Shown: positions 30,201 through 42,545, counted from the first letter of the stretch. The stretch: 64,000 bases of DNA from Antedon mediterranea (GCF_964355755.1 NC_092672.1:26418437-26482436); one strand, 5' to 3'. The notes: generated by a model not told the origin, from the sequence alone. A program made the numbers and translations.

Positions 30201-33200
30201 GGTGAAAAGGATTTTTAAAAAAGTAACTAATAATAATAGTTCCAGCCCAATATTTTGCACAAGCATAATAGAACATTTAGTTGTTGTTTAAGCTTGGTTT
30301 CCACTAGGACGCAAGTCATTTGACCAATCAGAAGCAATGGATTATTCAAACTTTGGCTTATCATTGATCAACTTGCTTGCATCGTGTTACATTGTTGCGT
30401 TGTGTTGTGGGAAACAAGCTTAAGGCAACATCCACACATATTATATTGTACTATCTTTTTCTTTTTATTACATCTTTTTATGTCTAGACTTTGATGATGA
30501 ACATGCAGAATGTGATTCTACAAATAGAAGAGCTAATGTTGCTGAAGTTGTTTGAATTTTTCAAGTATGGAGATGAGGAATCCAACATTGAAACATCAAA
30601 TGAAAGCCGTTATGATGTATTCAGGTTAGTGAGTTTGACTAAAGGAGCCCAAGACTCAGTGGCGTAACTGCTATGAGCGCTCACTGGCTAAACCCAGGGA
30701 ACTCGGAGCTTAAAGAGCCCTGATTCAGTCTGTTTGAAGACCCTACAGATTTGGTTAAGATTAAAAAATATATATTGTCCTGCGCTAAGCACTTAAAAAC
30801 ATATTGCTTGTTTTATTTGTTAATCATTTAGGGTATAATACTGTAGTAGTGTAAATAACTCCAGCTTGCCTTTGCCTCATCTTAATGTTCTGTACCCATT
30901 ATGTTAACATCAACTGTTTGTTAAAGGACAACTTGACCGACGACCATATTTTTACAACGTATTAGGGATGTACAGCCGTCGCCGTCAATTGCTGTGACGT
31001 CAATGGTGCATTGCAATACTTCTCTTGTATGTTAACAACAGTGAAAACTAATTAAGTAGATGCACGATTGATGTCACAGCAATTGACGGCGACGGCTGTA
31101 CGGCGAGCGCGTGCGACGATATCCTTAATCTCGCGATTGTTCTGAAATCATATGTACATCCCTAATACGTTGTTAAAATATGGTCCTCGGTCAAGTTGTC
31201 CTTTAAGAATATTAATATACTATGTAATCTGCTAACGGCTAGGCTACTCCCTGCTCAGAAATAATATTGAGTTTACAATACAAATTTCAACATGCTTAAA
31301 GAGAAAGCACCTCACTGGCTTTTAATAAATTTAATTAATTTACTTTATTTCAGAACAAATGCTTCATTAAGCCAAGCTAAAAGATTTTTCTTTGAAACCA
31401 TCAAAGTAAGCACAGCAGAGTTTCGCTTGACAGTTTTGAAATCCGTCCAGTTGCCTCCACGATACAAGCAACTCAAATCCAGGATGCAACTTATGTTGAT
31501 ACAGTTTCAAGATGCACCAGTGACTCTTGACCCCTTCACACGTGTACACGCCTTTGAGACCCAAGAGTTATTGCTTGAAGCGGTTTCTAAACACTATACT
31601 GAAGTGAGTAATTTGATCATATAATAATACCTTTTTCACACCAATATGAGGTTTGCATAGTGTGAACGCAATTTTGTGGAAAATCTGACTCTATGAAAGA
31701 CACACACCAGCAAGGACGAGGACAGTTCTGACTGTTCCGAGTTGTTACTATACATGTATTGTATACTGTACTTCAAAATTGCCCTTGTATTTAACTGACC
31801 AGTCCATGCATAATAATAAAAAAATGGCACCCACTATACCTTTTTCCAAGATTTCACAAGGTTTTTTTAATGTGTGTATGACAATGCATAATAAACCCAG
31901 GAGATCAAAGTAATGTAACAATTTTAATGCAGATGTCAAAATTGTATACTGTAGGTGTATTGCCATTTTGTATCTTGAGCCATGCATTACTTTTTATAAT
32001 GACTGTGCTATTGCAGCACACTCAGTTGTACACATTTTGAGAATTTGTGCAAATTATCCTGTAAAAAACATATTGTAGTCGAAGGCTTAAATAATTGTTA
32101 TTTCACAGGAATTGAAGAGCCAAGCAGTAAAGATCCTTGGAGCTGTGGACTTCCTAGGCAATCCTATAGGATTACTACAAGACCTCCGTGATGGTGTAAG
32201 GGAAGGGTTAGAAGGAAACGTAGCTGGACTGTTAAGAAACGTTACTCATGGCATGTCCAACACAACAGCAAAGGTAAGTGAAATATTTATAATTATATTT
32301 TACAGACAAAAATATTTTGAAATTGAATATTATCATACCATTTGATATTTAAATATTAATATTTATTTCTATTTTTTGCATACAAAAACAAAGTAACTTA
32401 ACAAATTTATTTTAATGATAAAAAAGATTGACTTTTCGAAATCTTCTGATGGTTTACAAAATTGCAATTTTTGCAACTAATTATAATAAACATCTCCCCA
32501 AAATAATATATTTAAACAATCATTTCAAAAAAAATGTTTTGTTGAGTTCCGATAACGTAATAATAATAAATAATAATACATTAAATTCAAAATCATTAAA
32601 CATTAATTAATTTCAGATGGCAGGGACGATTTCAGCAGGTATTGGCTTGGTCACTATGGATCGAAAACATCAGGATATACGCCATCAGATCCACAGATCT
32701 CACGGTGAATCTGGTGTCGGACATTTTATGGCTGGTGTCAAAGGTCTTGGATTTGGAGTTGTTGGTGGGTTAACCAGCGTCTTTACGCAGTCGTATCAAG
32801 GTGCAAGCAAAGATGGCGTTGAAGTATGTGTACTTTTGTGTCAATAATATATTTTTAAAAGATGAATCCAATTACGAAGAGAATGAAACATGTTTTCTAA
32901 AGCTCTGTCTACATTATCATAACTATTTGACAAAAAAAGTGTGTTGTGCCCAAATATGGTTTTGATATGACATCATCATGTCCATATATAGTATGACATC
33001 ACATTTTTTGTCACATAAATTTTGATAATGTAGACAGAGCTTTTAGGAAAACTAAAGGCTAGAAGTAGGCTTTGTTGACACAAAAATAGAAATATATATT
33101 TAGAGGCTCAGGTTTTTTTTTCTTACAGTAGAAGCCCTATTTTAATAAGTGGATACCTTAAGGAATAAAAATGTGTCTCCTTTATAGTGGTGTCCCCTGA

Positions 33201-36200
33201 ATAGAAGTTAATGTTTCTGTTAATCTAAAAAAGTGCTGTTGTATGGTGTTCAAAAATTCACAAATACCACTAAATACTAGTACTTTTAAACTAAAAATTA
33301 AAGATCAATTAATACCTATTGTTGAGAAAACTAAATTTCTTGGTGTTTATCTGGACTGTAAGCTAAATTGGAAACATCAGATTACTCAAGTCGAAAACAA
33401 AATATCCAAAAGTTCTGGTATCATATATAGATTATCATCTTTCATCCCTCGAAACATACTCCGGATTCTTTACTGTTCACTAATCCTCCCTTACCTCACT
33501 TACTGTAATATTATTTGGGGTAATACATACCCGTCCTACTTAAACAAACTGTTATTGATCCAAAAGAAAACCGTAAGATACATAGCAAATGCTCCTCCTT
33601 TATCCCATTCCAATCCTTTATTTTCTTCATTTGGTCTTCTTAAAATTCAGGATATTAACCATCTTCAACAAAGTGTTTTCCTCTATTCATGGCTAAACTC
33701 GATCCTGCCATCACACTTTAATGATTTATTTAGTTTCAATCTTAATTTTCATAACCACAGTACTCGGAGCGCAAATCAAATACGTATTCCTTTTTTTAAA
33801 ACTACTTCTTTTAAACATAGCATTAAGTTCACTGGTCCTAAACTTTGGGATAACGTACCAGTTAATATAAAAAGTGCTTTGTCTAAGAAGAGTTTTTCTT
33901 TTAAATTGAAACGGCACCTCTTATCTAGTTATGTTTAATTATCCTTTCACTCATTGTAGTTTTGATATTTAGTCTTTTCGGTACCCTGAATCTAAAAGTC
34001 TTCATTACTGTTTTTGTCCTGTTTCCGGTTCCCGTGTTGTCCTGTTTTTTTTTTTTTCATTTTCTATGGGCTGCCTTATACAAGCTTTGCTTTTTAGGAA
34101 TGTTGCCCCTCTTATTTCAATAATTTTTACTGCTAATTTTTATTTTCTATGAAAGACAAGAGAAATAAATGTTACTTTGATTGATTGATTGATTGAATGG
34201 TTGTGCTAAAACATACATTTCCCCTTGTTCGGTTCATAGGAAAGTATCCATTTGATAGCTTTAATAGGGGTGTCCCAAAGGAGGAGTTCTACTGTGTACT
34301 GTATACTGTTACATATGCTATGTTAACTCACCTAAATCCTATTCTTCAAAGTCCCAAATGTTTTGTAATATGGAAAACGCATTATGAAGCCTTTTGAATC
34401 ATATGATGAGTGTGTGATTTCTGACAATTGTCACTGTAAAATAAATATTGGAAGAAATGTAATTATGTTTTGGTTTATTATTAATTTTTCAAAAATGTTG
34501 TTTAACAGGGTCTTCTAGCGGGGTTTGGCAAAGGCATTGTTGGCACGTTCACTAAGCCTGTAGCTGGTATGTTTGACCTAGCCTCTGGTACTGCAGCAGC
34601 CCTAAGCTACACCACAAGTAGCGCAACCAATCAAATGCCTTCAAAAGTGCGCAAGATACGATGCTGTGTCAATCAGGCTGGTGTTTTACCTCAATACACA
34701 ACACATGATTCTACGGGACAGGAATATATGAGAAAGATTAGTGAATCAGAAAGCAAAGAAACGTAAGTGAAGTGAAATTGATTTTAGGATTTTAAAATAA
34801 CTAGGACAGCACAATTTTGTTCAAACATTATTAATAAACTTCGGTCGGTCTACACTATCAAACTTCATGTGACAATAAAATTTGATGTGCCCATATATGG
34901 ACACAATGATGTAACATGTTTTTTTCACAAGTTTGTACTGCCATTCCTGGTACCACTAGCAGGTGTCATTCAAAAGATGTGATCATAATGCCACTCTTAT
35001 AGAATGTGTAATTTCAATTCATTGTAAGATTTCAGAGCCATTTTAAAATGATGTTCTTTTTGTGCAGTAAATTTATTTTATTTATTTTTTGTTGTTAATC
35101 GATAAGATTTGCCATTTTGCTTGCATGTATCATCAACATAATTCATTACTCTTAAATTAGTTTATCATATTCAAGTACAAAATCTGTATCCATAGAAACT
35201 ATAAAATGAATTCGTTATTGCAAATATGATTATTATCTATCTGAATTAAGAAAACAAGGAGAACAAAACATAAAAGAACTTAGACAATCCAATACATCTA
35301 TAATATACAAAACCAACCAACCTCAGATTTTATTTAATTTCATTGTTTTTTTTCAGGTATGTAGCATTTGAGACTTTAAGAGATAATGCCACAGAAGGAA
35401 TGCAAGCCTTGATAACCAGTGAATGTGTACACTTTCTTGCCGATTCGGACCCTCTTAACCCGGTGCTAACGGTCTGGTACTCAGAACTATACCATGCTAA
35501 CCATCTGAAAGTTGGTGAGTTACTCATCTTAACAACTAATAAAGTCTAGAATAATTGTTATAAATATTAAAGAGGAAATTTAATGTGAGAGCAATTGTTG
35601 TCTCTTATTGACATCCTATCGTGCATCTCCCAAGTACCCCAAAAATTGCAAGAGATTCCGGCTAAACTGACAATTTTTCTGGACTGTTTTGGATATGCCA
35701 AAACATAGCAATATAAGACATAAATTAACCAAGACTCGACTACTAGTTTCTTTTTAATAACTAAAGCATTGGTTGGCACATTATCAGTATATTCCATGCT
35801 TTGGAAAGTTTCCAAATACATTTTCCCAGTAAGGATCTGTGCGTCTTGTCTGGTTTTGACTACATAATTTCCCATCCCAGGGGTGTCCGGTATTGTTGAT
35901 GAGATAGGTTGACAGTAATCCTGGGGTTTGACTTGACAAGAAATTTCTTCTTGCAATTTCCTGTATTAATGTAATTGTTGTATTGTTTAATTAGTACCAT
36001 TTTTTTTTTTTTGTTGACCATTGATAGAAATTAATAAATTCATGTAGAATCAGTACAGTACTTGTATATCTCTACTATTCTATCACAGGGCCTAAACATT
36101 ATGTCGAACTAACAAAACAAGCATATACAGAGGCTGGTGTTAGCCACCCTCATCTAAGTCCAAAAGAAAGGCCAAGAGTAGGATGTGATAATGAGAATAT

Positions 36201-36875
36201 TGCACTCAAGGTACGTAATGAGAAATGTAGTTGCTTGGTTGCCACTAGGAAGTAACACAAGGACGTAAGCACTATGCAAGAGATTTGACCAATCACACGC
36301 AATGGATTATTCAAACTGTCGCTTGTCATTGGTCAACTCGTCTACATTCTTGTATTTTGTGCCGCTAGTGGCATCTAAGCTTTGATGTTGCAATAGTACG
36401 ACAATAATAAACAAAATAATAAATGTTTATGATTAATTGGGGAGATTATTTTTTCCTTGAGAAAATTAACTAATCTATTTAATGGAGCTGAGACCAGGCG
36501 TTCAAAAGCCTGCCGTGTAATAGAACCATTAAATAGAATGGTTACCATGCAGTAGAACTAATACTGAATGGCACATGATATTCAATTAACCATTTAGAGT
36601 AAAAATATGCTCAAGTGTAATTTTTATATTAGGCCAAGTAAACAAAAGTTTCCTGTCCAATATGTTGATGTTTGTGGCTTGAATTGTGATGGGAAAATGG
36701 GAAGGAAAATAGAATTCCCGCAAGGAAAAGAAACTACTTTTGTACCATGTTCTTAAATCTTTGTTTTTTTCTTTAGGTTTCTCAACAGATCAATTATGCT
36801 AAAAGTAAATTTGAAGAAATGAACCAGATGGTGGCTACTGGTACACAAGATCCTAGTCTTCTGCTCATTTTATGA
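208..36875 (+). CDS. VPS13D: VPS13D lipid-transfer protein, 3' part (multi-exon; 5' end lies outside the window)
   Basis: GT-AG exons in continuous frame (approximate): 208-278, 550-661, 1878-1970, 2259-2376, 2505-2640, 2973-3126, 3356-3557, 3913-4147, 4884-5066, 5529-5696, 6398-6529, 6783-6926, 7033-7208, 7803-7926, 8441-8670, 9596-9707, 10006-10230, 10746-10818, 27917-28086, 28596-28751, 29053-29202, 29557-29691, 30488-30624, 31354-31603, 32109-32273, 32617-32823, 34509-34762, 35357-35514, 36089-36210, 36777-36875 (TGA). Peptides [57 protein letters not shown] (ricin-like region), [11 protein letters not shown] and [10 protein letters not shown] match recalled VPS13D motifs. Confidence 0.93.
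1103..1403 (+). mobile_element. tRNA-derived SINE with Deu/Nin-like core and (ATT)n tail
   Basis: A box TGGCGCAGTGTG, B box GGTTCGAATCC, central GCCTCTCTCCACCCAGGTGTATAAATGAGTACC, 3' end GCGCTATATAAATG followed by (ATT)n. A deleted second copy lies at 55740-55930 (-). Confidence 0.85.
4205..4795. repeat. Degenerate (CAT/CAC)n microsatellite with higher-order duplication, in a VPS13D intron
   Basis: Trinucleotide periodicity. The unit ACCATTAGCATGACCACCACCTTCATCATAAAATATGAACACCACAATCATCACC occurs twice (~4273 and ~4376). Confidence 0.9.
5113..5400 (+). mobile_element. tRNA-derived SINE family B, diverged copy
   Basis: GAGTGGTTAAGACAGT...GTAGCCATAACATC...GAGGCTCACTC...CTTCTCGGATAA is shared with the 62519-62843 copy. 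Confidence 0.75.
6045..6272 (-). mobile_element. SINE family B, 5'-truncated copy
   Basis: Near-identical to 62535-62770 (TATACTGGG.GACCTCTTCAGTCAAAGACTG...CGTTCTACCACCAGAAC). Confidence 0.85.
6579..6714. mobile_element. MITE family AGCTCTGTCTACAC...GTAGACAGAGCT, 3-bp TTA-type TSD (PIF/Harbinger-like)
   Basis: TIRs flanked by TTA on both sides. Related copies at ~11065-11190, ~17655-17765, ~32901-33041 and ~34847-34930. Confidence 0.75.
7575..7790 (-). mobile_element. 3' end fragment of a CR1/L2-group LINE
   Basis: GAAGGAGGCAC...AAAAAGCAAAGCTTGTG motif is shared with the LINE 3' UTRs at ~18118, ~18750 and ~34070. Confidence 0.6.
7944..8250. mobile_element. Short retroelement with 34-bp fold-back, tRNA-like segment and 12-bp TSD
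   Basis: TSD TATGATCAACTT (7932-7943 / 8251-8262). Inverted arms 7942-7975 / 7993-8026. GAGTAGGGCAAAACA repeated at 7979 and 8226. A/B boxes TGGTCTAGAGG and GGTTCGAGTCC at ~8096-8150. Confidence 0.7.
12398..12574. mobile_element. hAT-like MITE (CAGGG...CCCTG)
   Basis: Short TIRs. A second copy at ~43021-43217 has imperfect 8-bp flanking repeats (CTACA(T)CA). Confidence 0.7.
13756..14403 (-). CDS. Orphan 215-aa protein with N-terminal transmembrane helix, nested antisense in the VPS13D intron
   Basis: Long ORF in AT-rich DNA with a hydrophobic stretch at aa ~11-33 followed by RAKR. Acceptor AG directly before GATATG (14406). Matching upstream donor AAG|GTAAG at 15455, suggesting a 5'UTR exon. 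Confidence 0.65.
   Translation of the reverse strand: MFQDCFKHCCIVFAVITAFISVVFTSLICLCIFRAKRHSREDEQSQGNNFIPDDQEDNQSEPRPEINHIVEEDNIPEFRSHIFTEEPLFVNLKNVADLNSQEDEDNNGMYNNGNMCFSHLENSSREEAENSGNAHKLRKAKNRCTKRDKTLQKLAAEILLQKYSICRESLPFSKLKQLDTQIHIHRKSLFGTRHHNKNHNKTTHRHLMEKAETVV
15025..15365. repeat. Degenerate ~120-150-bp tandem repeat, about 3 copies
   Basis: Recurring ATGCCCAGT..CAGTAAACCA...CAGTATTTAGGAAAC..ATTCCTGTAAA.ACCAGT. Confidence 0.65.
16200..16445 (-). mobile_element. tRNA-derived SINE
   Basis: Minus-strand head GGAGTTGTGGATTGGTGGTTATGATGCTTGGC...GGGTTCAAGTCCCG, with an A-rich tail at ~16185-16210. Confidence 0.65.
17355..26550 (-). CDS. PDXK: Pyridoxal kinase-like protein (PDXK family), 7 exons, nested antisense in the VPS13D intron
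   Basis: Exons 26550-26461, 24874-24712, 23903-23699, 23127-22979, 22525-22404, 17859-17793, 17461-17355 splice in frame: [37 protein letters not shown]...[11 protein letters not shown]...[15 protein letters not shown]...[13 protein letters not shown]...[14 protein letters not shown]. Probably a divergent paralog. Confidence 0.9.
19500..20887 (-). pseudogene. LINE ORF2 remnant with reverse transcriptase domain
   Basis: [38 protein letters not shown]. The endonuclease stops just after HFNTRSL because of an internal deletion. Confidence 0.92.
21233..21922 (-). CDS. LINE ORF1p (coiled coil + RRM, L1/Transposase_22-like)
   Basis: Heptad-rich N half, [34 protein letters not shown]. Confidence 0.85.
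   Translation of the reverse strand: MATKPKTRSRPADIESACSNPVDFNNFVHASLKSLLDGQAKIKEDLNQAIGFNSDRIAALEENDIIKANKIGQLEQTVDKLSSTVAKLELEANKSERFSRRNNVRIVGLKEESGEDCVVLARNILIDNFEFSEIPTIERAHRVGPVLPVRPRHIIIKLLSYNSKIQVMKQKNIALQDKQFYVIDDLTLVDYKERKKWKFQVKALYDNGTKLKFSAGKWRTSTGTPYIFK
25753..26085 (+). mobile_element. tRNA-derived SINE (family B-related) in PDXK-like intron 1
   Basis: GAGTCGAGTGGCCGAGC head and TTCTCGGATAAGGACT core. Its 3' end CACAATTCAGCCCTGTAGGCTG also occurs at ~2158. Confidence 0.75.
26690..26960. repeat. ~73-bp tandem repeat (about 3.5 copies) directly upstream of the PDXK-like start codon
   Basis: Unit CCTATTGCATATTCAATGATTTTGATGACATCATCATCATGAAAGTCAGTTATTTTAGACTTGATTGTCCAAA. Confidence 0.9.
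30291..30420. mobile_element. MITE family AGCTTGGTT.CCACT...GTGGGAAACAAGCT
   Basis: TIRs and internal CCAATCA/TGATTGG symmetry. Related copies at ~36232-36381, ~38763-38880 and ~63272-63400. Confidence 0.7.
30925..31202. mobile_element. Non-autonomous Kolobok MITE (278 bp)
   Basis: TTAA TSD at 30921-30924 and 31203-31206. Ends AGGACAAC...GTTGTCCT. The body is homologous to the TIRs of the 43635-49950 element. Confidence 0.92.
33212..34196 (+). mobile_element. 5'-truncated CR1/L2-group LINE
   Basis: ORF 33243-33938 ([27 protein letters not shown]), CAAGCTTTGCTTTTTAG 3' UTR motif, AATAAA and (TTGA)n tail. Confidence 0.9.
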
Positions 36876-39800
36876 AAATAAAAAAGTTTCATTTACTATT
36901 TGCATAAATTAACATCTTTTTGCATCTGAATACAGTACTTTGTATTTTTTTTTACATTAAATCAATGGAAAAAAATATTTCTGAAAAAAAAAACAATTGA
37001 CATAATTATTACAAAACTCACATAGTCTGGTTAAAGTATTCATTTCTTTTATATAACAAAATAAGTAGATCCTTGTCATTTGATTGGAGGATTGCGGGTC
37101 ACATGATATTCAATAAATCGCAGAATGGAAATGTGGAAAAAGCACACTGTTAATAATGTTAAGGGTGTGTTTAAACTTACAACTAGTGTGTGAATTGGAG
37201 TTCACTTCCTAGATATTAGGGCTGGTACACACAAGGAAAAATGTTTACATATTATTTTTTTAATTATTTTCTAACGATTACCATAACAGAGTGAGGAGAG
37301 GTGAACACTCCCAATTGAACAACTCTAAATCATTTTGCAATAAACGTAGAGCGCTAATGTACTTTCTATTAGGTAGGGTTAAGTTCGCCAATGCTAATCG
37401 GTGGTTCAAAGTGTATTAGTGATGAGAATTCAAGGCTCCACCCTTGTGAACCAACTGAACAGTGCTCTAGTGTGTACCAGCCATCACTGGACTACATATG
37501 GTCAATGCTTTTAATTGTTATTCAAGGACTGAATCATTTGAACCTTGTCATATTTATGATATTTATTTTAAAATTAACAATGCAATTGACATTTTTTAAA
37601 TAAGTGATAGATTAAATTTAGGAAAGTTTAAGACTTCGATCAAAACAATTATAAAGTATTAAATTTTACCATGGATACTGCCATGCTTTCACTAACCAAA
37701 TACCGTCTTTATCAATTAACAAAATATATGTTGAATCAACATTTTATTCAATCAAAACCTGTTTCAACTGGTTTGAACCTATTTGAACCGATTTAGCCCG
37801 ATTTAGCCTAAATATGTTTGAACTAATTTTATATTTATTTAATTTTAGAAATATTACGATTAACCAAAATACTATTTACCGTCATTTTTTTCTTAATTTA
37901 AAATTATATATTTTATAGTAAATGTTTGCATTTAAATTACTTGTTCTGCTTCTTAAATGTGATGCTCGATTTTGTTTACAGTTGCAATATATTCTACTAC
38001 ATTATTTTACCTAGCAATGCTAAATGTCTATATTAAAATATTAAAATCGTTTTATTTTTTTAGGGTGTTTTTTTTTTTTTTTTTTTTTTTACTGAATTAC
38101 AGTGTCATGTTTCCACTTACTATAACTTCGCTTGTCATTTGCTCAACACAAATGCATCTAAATTATATTGCTTACACTCATTGTCATTACTGTATTTTTT
38201 TAATTTTTTTTCAATTTACCGTTGTTATTTCTCCATAATTTTACATGCGGATAATGTAGCAATGAATAGGAACATGTACCTATTGAATTCAAATAAATTA
38301 TTAATCTGTTTTTAAATTATCATAACGTTTGATATCATAGTATCAAGGTTCGCTATGATCTAGTAGTTATGATGACTGCCAATTCGACTAGAAGACGAAA
38401 CAAAACGAAATTAATTTCCTATTTTGGTACATTATTGTTACCCTTTGTTTTTTATATTACTCCTGGACAATCGTTTTTATAACTTGGGAAAAATTATTTG
38501 TATGTGCTATTATTATACATTAAGCTTTAACATTATTATAACAATGTTTTACTTTTTTGCTATGCATCACTTTATTTTTTTTTTCTTGGGTTCGAAAATA
38601 ATTGTATAGGATAAAATATGTAAAGTTTGAAATTTAAAGAGAAATATTAATAAAAAATATATTGTGATTTTATGTATTTTTGTCGATGAATTCTATATTT
38701 TTGCATCGTCGTATATTACGTTCGCAGTCTCTCTGGTCCGGAACGCAATTTTGGTACGGGTTAGCTTGGTTCCCACTATAACGCAACGCAGGGACGTAGA
38801 CGCAACGCAAGACTAATCGTGAATTATTGATCGCTTGTGATTGGTCAAATGTCCTTGTGTTGCGTCCTAGTGGGGTTGCTTCTCCCACAAATGACATTAT
38901 AATTGCGAAACAATAGTTTACAAGACATGAGTAATCTACAGTGGATCTCACGTGCCGCTTATAGACGTACCTGGATATCACACGCATACCACACGCAAAG
39001 AAATGGCCACTTATAATGTATTATTGTAGGCCTTTTTTTAACTTGATTGTGAAATACAGTATAACAGCAATGTAAAGCAAATGAAGATTCCCGTTTGAGC
39101 TTTCGTTTAATCGACCAAAATACAGTCCCGATGCGATAATAAACGGAACGTTGTATAGGCTCGTACGCATGCGCAGATTGATATTTTGTATAAACCATCT
39201 CCTACGTTAATTAGAACCTCGAAACGAGCTTATGAAACAAACCAGACTATAAATGTTGTCTGTCGATGTTAGTTAATATACCGCCACAATACGTATCAAT
39301 TGTGTACAGAGTCTATCGATTATAACACTGTAATATTATGTGCATTGTTATTGTTAAACACACGCACACAGTCTTGTCCTTTTTACTTACCGACAAACCA
39401 ACGTGTGAATAGCAATTGCACGTACACCTTTATATGTTTAGCCAATAATTAATTAAAGATCCTTCCGAATGGGTTACTTTGTATAACTTAAAGCTTACTG
39501 AAGTGGAATGAAGAAATCGAATCAAATAATATGATAATTTTATATATCGTTTACTATGCAATGTTTGCGAAACTGTATAGTATGTCGGTGTATTGCTTAG
39601 TCTGTTTATCATAGAGGTTGGATTTTAATATTATTGTTTGATACCAGTCGGTACTACTGAAGTAAGCAGGGACATTGAATTGGTAGGTTAATATATTTTG
39701 GTTTATTTTAATTTTTAATGTATCGTTGTGCAGCTAATGTAGTAATATCTAATAAGAGATAAAAAAATATTGATATCACAATTAGGTCGAATACAAATTA

Positions 39801-42161
39801 AAATCAAGTAGCTCTTACAAAAATTCGGGACATGTGAGAGTAAAATTCATCGGGTTGCTTAAAATCTAATGGAATTTACACAAAAAAAAAATAATTTGTA
39901 AAATCTCTGTGTTGTTCTGGTTTAAGAATGACAAAAATGTAACATTCCTCATATAATTATACTTTTAATGTATGATGACGTAGGCATAACACTTTATAGT
40001 ACAGTTTGAAAATTGAATATCAATTAAGAGTAATCTCGATATTATTGACTTAAGCCTAAGTGAAATACTTTGCCTAGACGCCGAAGATGATAGAAAGTCG
40101 GCATAATAGTTATCTAACTACTAACTACTAGCTCCTGTTATAAAGTTGATACTTCCGATGCTTGAACTAATCTGAAAATTATAAAATTTTATTCTAATTT
40201 GAATATTTCCTCCACACTTTTACTAAACACGTGGGCCGGGTAATTTTAGGTTAATCCGCGTTCCTAATTCCTTCATGATTATCCAACCAATTAAGATCGT
40301 TGGATTATTCTTGAAGAAAGAGACTGTGGCTTTAAGATTATTGACGAAAATCTTCAACACAAAGAGAACAATTAAGATCAGGTTAATTGTGTATACATTC
40401 CACAGTCCTTGCTGCAATTCGATTATTGATTATTAACGACAAGATACAATTGACAAACTCGTCTGAATGCGGCGAATGATAGAAACAGCTAGTCGGATAT
40501 TTATGTTGGATCATAACAAACAGAAGTATGTTGTAATTATTGATTTGTTACAACGAATTTAGTAGCCTACGGTAATCTTAGTGCCTGAAACATGTAGTTT
40601 GGAGTATACTCCACGCTGAACAGTTCACTGTGCCTGCAGCTGGTAAAGTACTGTGAAATTTCCGCCTCATTATTTCCAAAGAAAAGCAGCACACGACCAT
40701 TTTGTAGTTGCTATATTACGATAATTGCTGTACTTTCTTGTCAAACCGCGCAGTTTGTGAGATTCGTTTCAATTTTCAAATTCTCAAGTTGTTAACAAAT
40801 AAAGTAAGTAGATTTTTTATTTATGTTTTAATGTTACCTATAACCGGTAGTAGTGTGATGATGAATACTTGGCAGTAGGCCTAAGATACCATTAATTTGG
40901 TTCGATAATCAGCCACAAATAAGACTTTCGTCTTAATAACCTATTCATAAAAAATATGCAGCTGCAATGGGCATGTAGAAACACATTTGCTAATGTTTGA
41001 AGAATACAATGTTTTACCTATTAATATCAACTGCAGGTGATCCATTTCAAGCTTTGTTGACCCTTAGAGAAATATAGTTAAACCCTTTATGAAAGTAAAA
41101 ATTGGGCTACTGTTGTGTCCATCTTAAACCATCACATAGTCCTATATTAGTAAAACCACGGGGTTAGGGTTAAGATGTATATCTTCCTGATAAAACTATT
41201 CCATGAATTACATGTTTGATACAAAATGACCGTTCATAAAAGATACTTTTCCATACAATGCAATGCGTTTCTATTTATATGGTGTTATAATTCTTTTGTT
41301 ACACATTTAGGCATATCCTCAATTATAATTTGGTAAAACTTCATTCTCATTGTTCTTTTTGCATCTTTGCGGTCAATGAATATGCAAGAGTTTTTCTTAT
41401 TTGTCTTCTATTCACATTAATCACAATTTCATCAAGAAAGAGGAGAGAAAATATATAGTTTCTGTCGTCTATTTGCCTACGTCAGCGTAGGGGAAATATT
41501 TAGGCCTAAAGCCCTAAACTACGGATTATATGCCACTGTTTTAGGAATTTTTCATAAACAGTATGCTTTACAATAACTATGAATAAAGGATATATCCTAC
41601 CGTAAACAATGTATACAACCACGTACGTTCCAATTTTCAGATTTAAACAAAATACATTTCTAGCTAACTTTCACTAAACAGTCATTGCTTCCACACACAA
41701 AAACATGTGGATTACCAGAACAAAGTCGCCGTTTTAGTTTTCAGGTACCCCAATTAAGTAATGCTAATCCGATTGTATAGTTTTAGTAAATACAAAGGGT
41801 AAGCCTGATGTAGTACAGATTTCTATAGCACATGTCTTTACAATTGATTTTATCTGATCATTGATCATATTAATAGAAGGTGTTTATTAGTTTAAAGAAT
41901 TTTTCTTGATCATGATTTTTACAGTTCATGTGAAAAAATAACCATGTAGGCCCCCTATATTGTAGGGAATATATTAACTTTTATCATCCCATATACTGTA
42001 TTTTGAACGACTGTTCCAGATTCACCAATACAGTATGTATACGGTTGTTGCGACAAACAAAAACATAAACATGCGTAAAAAAACAATATTTTGTTTTAAT
42101 ATTCGTTTTAAGGCTTCTAATTGTTTTTAATATTAATTTGTATAATATTGTGATGCGATAC

Positions 42162-42545
42162 TATGGGGCGCCATAAGCAGCAAAAGTGTGTAGCTGAAAA
42201 ATGTATGTGTACATTTAAAATGTGTGTGTGTGTAATTGCAAAATGTATTTGTAAACCTAAAAATGTGTGTGTATTTGTAAAATGCATGTTTGTAATTGTA
42301 AAACGTAGTTGTACACTTTTAAAATGTAGTTGTACACTTTTAAAATGTAGTTGTACACTTTTAAAATGTAGTTGTATACTTTAAAATGTAGTTGTACACT
42401 TTTAAAATGTAGTTGTAACAAGGAATGTATACTTGTAACGCTTGGTTAGAGATCTCTAATCAAGCGTGAAGACCATACCATTTCTCGAAAGGGGTTTATC
42501 GTCTAGAATGGCTAGATGACCGGCGGCCTGCCACCGATGGTATTT
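42162..42545 (+). repeat. Left TIR of the IS3EU-like element, with internal 21-bp array
   Basis: Reverse complement of ~60540-60930. About 5.5 copies of TGTAGTTGTACACTTTTAAAA. Confidence 0.92.

Noticed and set aside
36900-42100. Short ORFs between VPS13D and the transposon
   Set aside because: Low-complexity AT-rich translations with no motifs or spliceable frame; likely 3'UTR, intergenic and GPCR promoter/intron.
42163-42384. Cys-rich ORF (metallothionein-like) and its mirror at 60699-61022
   Set aside because: Translation of the TG-rich TIR and the 21-bp repeat.
42300-42420. CRISPR-like array
   Set aside because: Head-to-tail repeats without spacers, in a eukaryotic TIR, with no cas genes.
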